56,079 nucleotides of DNA from an uncultured Salinivenus sp. (lineage in GTDB: Bacteria; Bacteroidota; Rhodothermia; Rhodothermales; Salinibacteraceae): positions 1 to 56,079 of the forward strand of contig CAYULG010000001.1 of assembly GCA_964445365.1 (NCBI GenBank), given 5' to 3'. Shown here in pieces: positions 36,134-47,097 of the stretch (positions are counted from its first letter, which is position 1; the number at the start of each line of letters is the position of its first letter). Made by a program: the position numbers and the translations under genes. A model generated the notes under the pieces. That model did not search any database, was not told the origin of the DNA, and was given only the letters and a program-made list of their open reading frames with translations.

Positions 36134-37045
36134 ATGCGTCTGTTTGAGAACGCCGATTACACCCTGATTCCGAACCGGAAAATGGGCTATATCTTTTCCG
36201 GAACCCTTCTCGTGCTCAGCATTCTGTCCCTGGCCTTCAGGGGGCTCTCTCTCGGGATTGACTTTCGGGGGGGGATGGAGTTCGTGGTTGGAGGAATCCA
36301 GGATCTCGACGTAGTGGAGGTGCGGTCGGCCCTTGCCGAGCCGCTCGGGAGTAACCCGGAAGTGAAAACCTTCGAGGAAGATCTCTTGATTCGGGCGCCG
36401 GCTACGCAGGACATGAACACAACCGAGACGCAAGAGCTGATTCTCTCCACAATCGAAAAAGAGTTTGAGGAAGCGAATCCGGAGATTATAAAGACGAGCA
36501 TCGTCGGGCCTCGGTTTGCGGAGGATTTAAAGCAAGGGGCCTACTACGCGGTCCTTGGGGCATTACTGGTCATATTCCTGTACATTTTGGTTCGGTTTGA
36601 ATGGAAGTACAGTGTGGGGGCTGTGGCCGCTTTGGTGCACGACATCACGATCACACTCGGACTGTTTTCGATCCTCGCGGGGGTCGTGCCCTTTTCCTTG
36701 CAGATCGATCAGGGCATCATTGCTGCTTTCCTGACCATAGTCGGATACTCGCTCAATGACACCGTGGTCGTGTTTGACCGCGTGCGTGAGTACGTCAATC
36801 TTTTCAAGACGGAGACCTTCCCGGTCATCGTCAACAAGTCCATCAATGCTACCCTCAGCCGTACCGTCGTAACCTCGCTTACGACGTTTATCGTCGTTGC
36901 GATTCTGTTTGTGTTCGGGGGAGAAGTGCTGCGCGGCTTCTCCTTTGCACTCATCATCGGCGTCGTCATTGGGACGTACTCCTCCATCTTCGTCGCGTCG
37001 CCGACGATCGTCGAGCTGGATCGACGGCTGGGACAAACCGCGTAG
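36134..37045 (+). CDS. secF: Protein translocase subunit SecF
   Basis: GIDFRGG, VGP, HD, GYSLNDTVVVFDRVRE, TLSRT, GTYSSIFVA. Confidence 0.97.
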   Translation: MRLFENADYTLIPNRKMGYIFSGTLLVLSILSLAFRGLSLGIDFRGGMEFVVGGIQDLDVVEVRSALAEPLGSNPEVKTFEEDLLIRAPATQDMNTTETQELILSTIEKEFEEANPEIIKTSIVGPRFAEDLKQGAYYAVLGALLVIFLYILVRFEWKYSVGAVAALVHDITITLGLFSILAGVVPFSLQIDQGIIAAFLTIVGYSLNDTVVVFDRVREYVNLFKTETFPVIVNKSINATLSRTVVTSLTTFIVVAILFVFGGEVLRGFSFALIIGVVIGTYSSIFVASPTIVELDRRLGQTA

Positions 37046-37120
37046 GCGGTTGGTCCGCTGCGCTCCAGGTTCTTTTGGCACGCTGTTCATCAACTGCGCT
37101 CGTACCTGGGGCCTGAACAT

Positions 37121-37146
37121 GCGCCCTTCAGCGGGTCGCTTTTTTC
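37121..37146 (+). terminator. Possible intrinsic terminator between secF and purA
   Basis: GCGCCC-TTCAGC-GGGTCGC imperfect stem followed by TTTTTT. Confidence 0.45.
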
Positions 37147-37177
37147 TTGTTTCGTTTTCTAACGTACTCCGAATGTA

Positions 37178-38500
37178 ATGCCGGTATCCATCGTCATTGG
37201 AAGCCAGTGGGGTGACGAGGGGAAAGGGAAGATTACCGACCTCATGAGTCCCCAATTTGATATCGTGGCGCGCTACCAGGGAGGGGCCAACGCGGGCCAC
37301 ACCATTGTATGGGAGAACGAGAATGGGACAGAGGATGAGTTTGTGCTGCACCTCGTCCCCAGCGGTATCTTCCATGAGGATGTCACCTGCGTCATCGGCA
37401 ACGGTGTCGTTCTGGATCCGAAGGCCGTACTTGAGGAAATCGAAAAGATCCGTTCTCTGGGGGTCGACGTGGAGGAGCGTCTCAAGATCTCCCACAACGC
37501 CCACCTCATCATGCCCTACCATAAGGCCATTGAGGAGGCTCAGGAGGAGGAGCGAGCTTCGGCCTCGGACGACGACGCGATTGGAACCACCGGTCGGGGC
37601 ATTGGGCCCGCCTACACGGATAAGTTTGCCCGAACCGGCATTCGGGTCGTCGATCTACTCGATCGCGACGTGCTTCGCCAGAAGCTCCGTCGGGCCATCG
37701 AGGAAAAGAACGCCATTCTCCAAGACATCTATGGCGCAGAGGCCCTCGACGTGGAGCGCATCGTGGAGGAGTACGTCGAGTTCGACCAGAAAATTGACCC
37801 CTACGTGACGGACACGTCGACGTATCTTTGCAACGCCCTCGAGGAGGGGGCAGATGTGCTCGCCGAGGGGGCCCAGGGATCTCTGCTTGACGTAGACTTC
37901 GGCAGCTATCCCTACGTCACCTCTAGCCACCCAACCGCCGGAGGCTGTTGCACGGGGCTTGGCGTACCACCCACAGACGTGAACCGGGTCTTGGGCATCG
38001 CAAAGGCGTACTGCACGCGTGTCGGGAACGGGCCGTTTCCGACGGAACTGGACAACCAGGCCGGTGAGCGGCTGCGGCAGAAGGGAAGCGAATTTGGGGC
38101 CACGACCGGTCGGCCCCGCCGCTGCGGCTGGCTCGACCTCGTGGCGCTTCGCTACACCAGTATGATCAACGGCTTCAGCGAGCTGGCCATCACCAAGCTC
38201 GACATTTTGTCAGGAATGGACGAGTTGAAGGTGTGCACCCAGTACCGGTACGACGGAAAGAAGACGCCGCGCTTTCCCAGTGAGCCGCAGACCCTCGAAC
38301 AAGTGACCCCCATTTACGAGACGCTTCCCGGCTGGTCGGACGACATCTCAGCGGTGCGCCACATCCAAGATCTCCCAGCGGAGGCGAGAGATTACCTTGC
38401 GTTCATCGCAGACTACCTCGACGTAGATGTCGGGATGGTTTCGAACGGTCCTCGCCGGGACCAGATCATTTCGGACGTAGAGGAGCCCATCGCGGCTTAG
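37178..38500 (+). CDS. purA: Adenylosuccinate synthetase
   Basis: QWGDEGKGK, GGANAGHT, GTTGRGIGPAY, EGAQG, TTGRPRRCGW. Confidence 0.98.
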   Translation: MPVSIVIGSQWGDEGKGKITDLMSPQFDIVARYQGGANAGHTIVWENENGTEDEFVLHLVPSGIFHEDVTCVIGNGVVLDPKAVLEEIEKIRSLGVDVEERLKISHNAHLIMPYHKAIEEAQEEERASASDDDAIGTTGRGIGPAYTDKFARTGIRVVDLLDRDVLRQKLRRAIEEKNAILQDIYGAEALDVERIVEEYVEFDQKIDPYVTDTSTYLCNALEEGADVLAEGAQGSLLDVDFGSYPYVTSSHPTAGGCCTGLGVPPTDVNRVLGIAKAYCTRVGNGPFPTELDNQAGERLRQKGSEFGATTGRPRRCGWLDLVALRYTSMINGFSELAITKLDILSGMDELKVCTQYRYDGKKTPRFPSEPQTLEQVTPIYETLPGWSDDISAVRHIQDLPAEARDYLAFIADYLDVDVGMVSNGPRRDQIISDVEEPIAA

Positions 38501-38632
38501 CGGGAGCGGGGAGCGCCAGGGACGTAGTGACCTGACGGTCACGGGAGGGGCCGAGACCCACGACGGGAACGAGTCCCGGGCTGGTCAATGGGACTGTAGA
38601 CCTTCCTCCGTGCTCAAAAACTGGGTCCCTCC

Positions 38633-40021
38633 ATGCAGGCATATCGCTGGTCCGTTCGACTCAAGCTCGGTCTCATCGTGCTGGCGGGGGTGATCGCCGT
38701 GGCCTCGCTCCTCTACACCCAGCGCCTCGTCGATCGGCTCCGCGATCGGGAGCAGGCTGTCATCCAGCTATGGGCCGACGCGCAGGCGGAAGTGGTGAAG
38801 GCTCAGCGTCAGCTCATTAATCCGCATCTGGGCGATTTGCAAGAGCTGGAAGCTTACCTCCGGCGCCTGGAGCAAAGCGGTGTGGCGTCTCCTCCCACCA
38901 ATGAGCAACTCGCGAGGTATCGCCGCGCTGTAGACTGGGCTCAGACGATGCCGCCGACCAACGAACTCAATTTCATCCTGAACAAGATTCTAGAGCCGAA
39001 TCAGTTTGGGGTGCCGGCCATCATCACCGATTCGACCGGCCAGGAGCCGCGGTTTTGGCGAAATGTAGGGGTGTCCGAGACCGCAGCCCTTTCGCCCTCT
39101 GATTCGGCGGAGGCCTACGAGGAACTTCGGCGGCGGCAGGACGAGATGGCCGCGACCTTTGAGCCCATACCGATTCGTGTGAACCTGCCGGAGGCGAATA
39201 GCCCGTCGGCGATGGCGCGCAACCGGCAGCTGACGCAGTACCTCTATTACGACGAGTCCTGGCTCATTCAGGAGCTTCGTATCTTTCCCTGGCTCCAGTT
39301 CGTCTTCGTTGGGCTCTTTATTTTCGTCGGTTACCTTGGCTTCTCGTACGTCCGGCGTAGCGAGCAGAGCAGCCTGTGGATGGGCATGGCCCGCGAGGCT
39401 GCCCACCAGCTCGGCACGCCCCTCTCGAGCCTTATGGGCTGGATCGAAGTGCTCCGATCTCCGGAGGTAAACGAGGATCAACGCGAGCAAGCCCTGAACG
39501 AGATCGAAAACGACGTGGCTCGTCTTCAACGCATCACCGATCGCTTCTCCGACATCGGCTCGAAGCCCAAGCTGGAGGCTCGCAATCTAGTCCCCATTGT
39601 CGTAGACACCGCGTCGTACATCCGGCGTCGCCTACCCCATCGGGGGCAAAACATCGAGTTGTCGGTCGATCTACCGTCGTCCCTGGAGGTCGAGGTGAAC
39701 GAGGAACTCTTCGCCTGGGTGCTGGAGAACTTGCTTAAGAACGCGCTCGACGCCATCGAGGACGACGACGGCCGCATCGTTGTGACCGGCGGTCAAGAAA
39801 AGGAACGGGTCTTCGTTGAGGTCTCGGATACCGGGGCCGGCATCGAGCGACAGCAGTGGGGCACCATTTTCCGTCCCGGTTACAGCACCAAGCAGCGGGG
39901 GTGGGGACTGGGCCTGAGCCTGGCCCGTCGTGTGGTGGAGACCTATCACGATGGGTCGCTTGAATTGGTGGAGTCCACGATCGGTGAGGGATCACGATTT
40001 CGGATTGAACTGCCGACCTAA
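38633..40021 (+). CDS. Membrane sensor histidine kinase (no adjacent response regulator)
   Basis: Two TMs, AHQLGTPLSSL H-box, ENLLKNA, DTGAG, GWGLGL. Confidence 0.93.
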   Translation: MQAYRWSVRLKLGLIVLAGVIAVASLLYTQRLVDRLRDREQAVIQLWADAQAEVVKAQRQLINPHLGDLQELEAYLRRLEQSGVASPPTNEQLARYRRAVDWAQTMPPTNELNFILNKILEPNQFGVPAIITDSTGQEPRFWRNVGVSETAALSPSDSAEAYEELRRRQDEMAATFEPIPIRVNLPEANSPSAMARNRQLTQYLYYDESWLIQELRIFPWLQFVFVGLFIFVGYLGFSYVRRSEQSSLWMGMAREAAHQLGTPLSSLMGWIEVLRSPEVNEDQREQALNEIENDVARLQRITDRFSDIGSKPKLEARNLVPIVVDTASYIRRRLPHRGQNIELSVDLPSSLEVEVNEELFAWVLENLLKNALDAIEDDDGRIVVTGGQEKERVFVEVSDTGAGIERQQWGTIFRPGYSTKQRGWGLGLSLARRVVETYHDGSLELVESTIGEGSRFRIELPT

Positions 40022-40035
40022 GTCGCCGCGGATGT

Positions 40036-41322
40036 CTACAGGCGAATGCGGGATCGGAGGGTATCGGCCTGCAGGGCCGGAGCCACGATGACGAAAATGT
40101 CGTCACGCTCACGCCAGAGAACCACGCCGCGGTCGTCCCGCTGTTCGGCGAGAAGGGTCTCGTTGGAGGTGAGGTCCGCACGGTGATCGCGGGCGAGCGC
40201 AGCGCGACCACCGAGTTCGTCCAGTAGCGCGTAGTTATACGCGAGGGCCACAATCTCTGTCTCCGTTTCGTCGTCGAAGTAAAGAAGGGCCGGCACGTCC
40301 GTGTCCAGGGAGAGGGACAGGCGCCCCACGCCTCGCAGGGACGCGCCGTCAACTTCAGGGACCGAGATTCGGCGATCAAAGGACTGTCGGACGAAGGCCG
40401 AAGCCCGACTCGGGGTTTCGGTTTGGAGAGCCATCTCGACCCGGTCGGCCTGCTCCGCCGAGAGATCGACGATCCCGTCTGGGCTTGGGGGCGCCGAAGA
40501 GGAGGAAAAGAGATAGGAGGCTCCCCCAATGCTCGCCGTCACGATAGCGAGAAAGACGAGCCCCCCGAGGACGCCACGAAGAGAAAGACGGTCCCGAACG
40601 ATGTTGCGCCCCCAGTTCCACATGGCACGGACTGGGGCCGCACCGGGGATCGCCGTCGAATCAGCAGAGACAGCGTCATCCCGTCGTTCCTGTCGGGCCC
40701 GCGCCAGAACGCCCAGGACGGTGGACTGAAGCGACGCCGGAGCAGGATGGAAGCGATCAAGAAGCAGGTCGCGGAGGTGCTCTCGCAGAACCTCGTCGGG
40801 GAGGGCGACGTCCACGAGCATCCGTTCCGGACCTCTCAACACGTCACGGAGGGAGGCGCGCAGCGCTGACCGGGCCTGATCCCGAACGGAGCGGGCGTTG
40901 GTAACTGAGGTGTCAAGTGCGGCGGCTAATGCTTCGTCGGACGGCTCGTCAAGCACGTCAATCGCCAGGATGAACCGCTCGTGGACGGAACACGCCGCAA
41001 AGGCCACCGGCAGCCGCCGCTCCGCGGTTTCTTCCGCCACATCTCGCCGAAACGGGTCGTCTGTAAACGACGTGTCGCTGCCCGGGTGCCCCTCCGCCTC
41101 GGGCGGTTGGAAGTCTCCATCGCGCGCCTGGAGCATGAGGCGAAAGAGCCAGGCTCGTTCGTCTGACGGGCGCTGCGTGGGGGGCACCTCGGCGGCCCGC
41201 TCGTAGACGGTGCGGAGGAGGCTCGAGGCTTCGTCGGCCCCGGTCACCACCCGGGAGAGGGCATAGAGGGATTCCAGGTGGTGGGCGAGGGAGCGGTCGG
41301 CATCAGACTCGGGCAACGGCAT
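40036..41322 (-). CDS. Degenerate ECF sigma-like domain fused via a TM helix to an anti-sigma-like domain
   Basis: LYALSRVVTG and RAWLFR (region 2-like); ERFILAI...LAAALD...SVRDQARSALR (region 4-like); TM VLGGLVFLAIVTASIGGASYLF. Confidence 0.6.
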   Translation of the reverse strand: MPLPESDADRSLAHHLESLYALSRVVTGADEASSLLRTVYERAAEVPPTQRPSDERAWLFRLMLQARDGDFQPPEAEGHPGSDTSFTDDPFRRDVAEETAERRLPVAFAACSVHERFILAIDVLDEPSDEALAAALDTSVTNARSVRDQARSALRASLRDVLRGPERMLVDVALPDEVLREHLRDLLLDRFHPAPASLQSTVLGVLARARQERRDDAVSADSTAIPGAAPVRAMWNWGRNIVRDRLSLRGVLGGLVFLAIVTASIGGASYLFSSSSAPPSPDGIVDLSAEQADRVEMALQTETPSRASAFVRQSFDRRISVPEVDGASLRGVGRLSLSLDTDVPALLYFDDETETEIVALAYNYALLDELGGRAALARDHRADLTSNETLLAEQRDDRGVVLWRERDDIFVIVAPALQADTLRSRIRL

Positions 41323-41379
41323 GGGACGCACAAACGATCGGTGGAGCGGACGAGCCCAACGGAGAATCAGGAGGGACCG

Positions 41380-42219
41380 CTACGGCGATTCCGAAAAGGC
41401 AATTTTAATTGAGTCGCCCTTTCGAATGTCCAACAGTTCGGCGGCGTTCCCCCCATTAACGGCGACCTCCAGAGAGCCTGTGCTCCCAAACAAGAGGAGC
41501 GGCTCCCCTTCTGCCACGGCGCCATACGTGTCGTGAACTGACTCCAGGACCGTGCTCCCCACGTACCCGTCGATGGGGGGGAGGACCTCCGCACTCGGGG
41601 CATTTTCATTGACACCTAGGGCCTGGGCGAAGGTGGGGCGCCGGATGTTCGTCACGCAATTGCCAAAGTGATCGATGTGCACGACCCGGCCCTCGATCGC
41701 GTGTTCATCGACGAATGGTTGTGCCCACTGCAACGGCTCCAGGCGCTCGATGGGCGAGCCAATGTTGTCGAGCGTCCGTCCAGCGGCGAGGTGGGCGGCC
41801 GCCGGGGCAAAGATGTCGCGCCCGTGAAAGGTATTGCTCGGGGAGGGGGTGCGCCACGCGTCGGGCTCGTCCAATTCCACGGCTGCATCGGGCGAGTTCC
41901 CTTCAAAGATGAGCGGGAAGAGTCCGTTGTCGGGGCCAACAAACCAGTGTCCGTCCTGCTGGAGGGCCACGGCCCGGCGCTCGGTGCCCACCCCCGGATC
42001 GACCACCACGAGGTGTATGCTGTTCGGCGGGAAAAAGGGGAGGGCCGATTGTAGGACGTAGGCGGACTCCATAACGTCTTGAGGGGAAATCTCGTGGGTG
42101 AGGTCCACGAGCCGGGCATCCGGTGCAATCGACAGCATCGTCCCCTTCATGGCAGGCACGTAGGCATCCTCTGTGCCGAAATCGGTCGTAATGGTGATGA
42201 TCGGCGAGTCGCTAGGCAT
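41380..42219 (-). CDS. DUF62 SAM hydrolase (SAM-dependent halogenase superfamily)
   Basis: TTDFG, VVDPGVGTERR, GPDNG, TFHGRDIFAP, IDHFGN, LEVAVNGG. Confidence 0.92.
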   Translation of the reverse strand: MPSDSPIITITTDFGTEDAYVPAMKGTMLSIAPDARLVDLTHEISPQDVMESAYVLQSALPFFPPNSIHLVVVDPGVGTERRAVALQQDGHWFVGPDNGLFPLIFEGNSPDAAVELDEPDAWRTPSPSNTFHGRDIFAPAAAHLAAGRTLDNIGSPIERLEPLQWAQPFVDEHAIEGRVVHIDHFGNCVTNIRRPTFAQALGVNENAPSAEVLPPIDGYVGSTVLESVHDTYGAVAEGEPLLLFGSTGSLEVAVNGGNAAELLDIRKGDSIKIAFSESP

Positions 42220-42406
42220 GCAGTCAGGTAGGCGTGTATACGGAGACGAGCGAACAGAAATCTACAAAGCCGGCGCGTCGATTCGTAGTTCCCCCGAGAG
42301 CTTCACACACTACAGAAACAATTCCCACGGGAGACGGAGTAGAGACACGCGCATGAGTGTTGCCTTCACAAGTCCGCCGGTCCACGGGAGACGCGTATTC
42401 AGCACC

Positions 42407-43048
42407 ATGGTCTCATCGAATTCATCAGCTTCGTCTGGGCGCTCAGCCGAAGGGGCGGCCCCGAGTTCCAGACACAGAGAAGCCGTGGACCGCTTTGTTT
42501 CGTTCTGGGGCCAGATGGCTTCGAACTGGGGCATCAACCCCACTATGGCCCGAGTGTACGCGTTGCTGTACTGTGTGGGACGTCCGCTCAATACCGACGA
42601 GATCATGGAGCGGCTCCAGATCAGTCGGGGCAGTGCCAACATGAACTTGCGCTCCCTCGTCGACTGGGAGCTGCTGGAAAAAGAGGCCGTGCCGGGCTCC
42701 CGCAAGGATCACTATCGGGCGGAGCGGGACGTGTGGCAGGTGACGGCACGCATCATTGAGGAGCGGGAGCGACGGGAGGTGCGCCCCGTGAAAGAACGCC
42801 TGCAGGGCCTCGCGGACGACCTCGTTCCGGAGGAGGCGTCGCTGGAGGATCGGCCGGACGCCGAACGTCGCCTGTACGACCGGCTTCAAAACCTGATTGA
42901 GCTCATGGAGGTGTTTGAAGGGGTGTTCGAGGCCCTCCTGCCTCTGGTCAAAGAGCGGAACGAGCCCTTTATCCGACAGCTTATTTCAACCGCACAATCG
43001 TTGGATGTCGAGGCCGGTACTTCGGCATCCGCTCCGACGGACGAATAG
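42407..43048 (+). CDS. GbsR/MarR family transcriptional regulator
   Basis: [14 protein letters not shown]...[24 protein letters not shown]. Confidence 0.88.
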   Translation: MVSSNSSASSGRSAEGAAPSSRHREAVDRFVSFWGQMASNWGINPTMARVYALLYCVGRPLNTDEIMERLQISRGSANMNLRSLVDWELLEKEAVPGSRKDHYRAERDVWQVTARIIEERERREVRPVKERLQGLADDLVPEEASLEDRPDAERRLYDRLQNLIELMEVFEGVFEALLPLVKERNEPFIRQLISTAQSLDVEAGTSASAPTDE

Positions 43049-43077
43049 CACTGACTGGAAGACGGTTCGCGTCTGCT

Positions 43078-43443
43078 ATGCCGACGACCAATGACATTGG
43101 TGATCGCGGTGAAGACCTGGCTGCCTCCTATCTTGACGAGGCCGGGTATCGAGTGCTTGAGCGGAACTACCGATCAGAGCGCAACGAAGTGGATCTCGTT
43201 TGTGAGGAGCCCGACGAGGGAGAAATTGTGTTTGTCGAAGTCAAAACCCGCTCAGGATGTCGGTTTGGGCCTCCGGAGGCCTCCGTCACGGACGAGAAGC
43301 AGGCGTCACTGATTGAGGTGGGTCGGGCCTATCTGTTTGAGCACAGCCTCGAAGGCACGTCCGCCCGCTTCGATGTCGTCGGCATTTTGCTCTCGGGCAA
43401 TGAGCCCCAGATCCAGCACCACGAGAACGCGTTCTGGGCCTGA
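43078..43443 (+). CDS. yraN: YraN (UPF0102) family protein
   Basis: [29 protein letters not shown]. Confidence 0.93.
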   Translation: MPTTNDIGDRGEDLAASYLDEAGYRVLERNYRSERNEVDLVCEEPDEGEIVFVEVKTRSGCRFGPPEASVTDEKQASLIEVGRAYLFEHSLEGTSARFDVVGILLSGNEPQIQHHENAFWA

Positions 43444-43475
43444 GGGCCCGTCGGCTTTTGCGGAAGAAGCATCCG

Positions 43476-44615
43476 TCACCGGGGCTCAGAGGAAGCCAGT
43501 GTTGTATTTGGGGGGCGGTACTCCCGAGGAAGAAGCTCGGCCATGCGCCGGGTGAAGGCGAAATACCCGTAGAGGGTTGCCCCGTAAGGTTCGACAATCT
43601 CACCGTGTTCATCGACGTGGATGGGCTGTTCGTTGAGGCGAATACGAGAGACCTGGTGGTCACGTGGTTGCCGGCGCAGACTGCCCCAATCCAGGAAGTC
43701 CTCACTTTCGGGTTCCCCATCGTAGATGACCTCTAGGGCGCCGGTAAACTGAATCTCGTGGAGGGAGTCGGCGGGGGTGCCCAATATGCGATCCCGGTCG
43801 GTCGGCAAGCGATCGGCCCGGTCCACGTGCCGGTAGGCCTGAGCACGGGGAATCCGGTACATCCGAAACTGCTCTTCTTCGACTCGATCGTTCAACAGGG
43901 CCAGAAGGAAGTGGCGAATGGAGCCCCGGAAGGCCCGGCGACGATTTTCGGTCCAGCGTCGAGCTTCCGTGGAGTCGCGCGGCGAAAGTGCGTGGAAGAC
44001 CGGTTCGCCGTCCCACCGTATGACGTCGCCCCGCTCCTCAAACTCCTTCAGGTAGTAGGTAAGTCGGTACCCGAGTGCCCGGTTCTCGACGGTCAGGGGG
44101 CGGCTCGCGTCCGCTTCGAATCGGCCCCACCAGGCCGTATCGAATTGAAGGGCCTTCGGATTGAGAAGGTAACACCGCTGTGCCGGGCCGGATTCTCCAA
44201 TGAACAGGCGCTTGAAGCGGCTGAGGTGCTCGTACCACTCGTCTCCGCGTTCGGCGGTTACGGTGACCGTCCCCGCTTCGATCACCGTGGTGTTGAGCCG
44301 TATGTTGAGGGTGAGCGTCGTGTCGGTGCGGAGCAGAAGGTCCTTCTGGACCGGTTTATACCCGAGCCGTGTCACGTAAAGTCGTTTCGAACCGGTGGAG
44401 AGCCCACTCAGATGAAACCCCCCGTCCTCCGCAACGGTGGTGCCGGCCATTGTGCCGGAGACGAAGACGTGGGTATCCGGGAGGGGGGCACCGGTGCTGT
44501 CGTCTACGACCGTACCCTGAATGGTGACGCCCTCTCTCGGTTGGGCATGCAGGGGAGGTACCGTCAGTAGAGCCAGCCCGATCAGGACAGAAAAGAGTGA
44601 CCAGCGGCCGATCAT
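43476..44615 (-). CDS. Exported protein with carboxypeptidase-regulatory-like N-terminal domain
   Basis: Signal peptide, GTVVDDSTGAPL...GY, ENRALGY, R...F.GS.RHFL. Confidence 0.8.
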   Translation of the reverse strand: MIGRWSLFSVLIGLALLTVPPLHAQPREGVTIQGTVVDDSTGAPLPDTHVFVSGTMAGTTVAEDGGFHLSGLSTGSKRLYVTRLGYKPVQKDLLLRTDTTLTLNIRLNTTVIEAGTVTVTAERGDEWYEHLSRFKRLFIGESGPAQRCYLLNPKALQFDTAWWGRFEADASRPLTVENRALGYRLTYYLKEFEERGDVIRWDGEPVFHALSPRDSTEARRWTENRRRAFRGSIRHFLLALLNDRVEEEQFRMYRIPRAQAYRHVDRADRLPTDRDRILGTPADSLHEIQFTGALEVIYDGEPESEDFLDWGSLRRQPRDHQVSRIRLNEQPIHVDEHGEIVEPYGATLYGYFAFTRRMAELLPREYRPPNTTLASSEPR

Positions 44616-44714
44616 TGCGGAAGGGGCGCGACCCCGTCTTTCATGCCTACCTCACTCAGGGGACCTGAAACATCGAGCCCTCATTGAAGATCCCAACCGG
44701 CGGGGCATAGCCGG

Positions 44715-46694
<1,980 letters not shown>

Positions 46695-46856
46695 AAAGCG
46701 TGGGCAACGGCGTGTATGCAACTGAGAACAGGCAACGAGTGAAGGGCAAGAAAGCCAATACCTCAGTTGATAACAACCGAGATTCGGTGTGAGTGGCAAG
46801 TCGTTGTCCCAGACGACGCTCTACCACGGGTGCAGAGGAACGACACGATGGTCGAT

Positions 46857-46911
46857 GCTATAACAAGACCTTCTTGTGGAATACGCGCTATAACAGGACC
46901 TTTTCGTAGAA
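46857..46911. repeat. Two imperfect 25-nt direct repeats, 30-nt period
   Basis: GCTATAACAAGACCTTCTTGTGGAA and GCTATAACAGGACCTTTTCGTAGAA in the divergent acyl-CoA synthetase/ftsH intergenic region. Confidence 0.8.
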
Positions 46912-47097
46912 GAGGACACAATCTCTCCCGTAGGGTGTACGATCTGATTGCATAAAGAAAACACCAGCAACCCTTTCCATTCGCCGCTCGCCTTTCACGA
47001 TCGACGGCGACCGTGGAATTTAAGGGGGTGGCGGTGTGCTCATGACAGTGCCCCCCTGTACAACCGACTTTTTACTACTACCAAGTAGCTTACTGAC

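Noticed and set aside
41380-42219. A SAM-dependent chlorinase/fluorinase in a halophile
   Set aside because: It keeps the Asp-Arg-His set of DUF62 SAM hydrolases (VDPGVGTERR, TFHGRD), and there is no biosynthetic cluster around it.
46857-46911. CRISPR array
   Set aside because: Only two imperfect copies, a 5-nt spacer, and no cas genes.
47020-47060. Hairpin upstream of ftsH as an RNA thermometer
   Set aside because: The AGGGGG/CCCCCT stem ends about 40 nt before the start codon and does not cover the initiation region.
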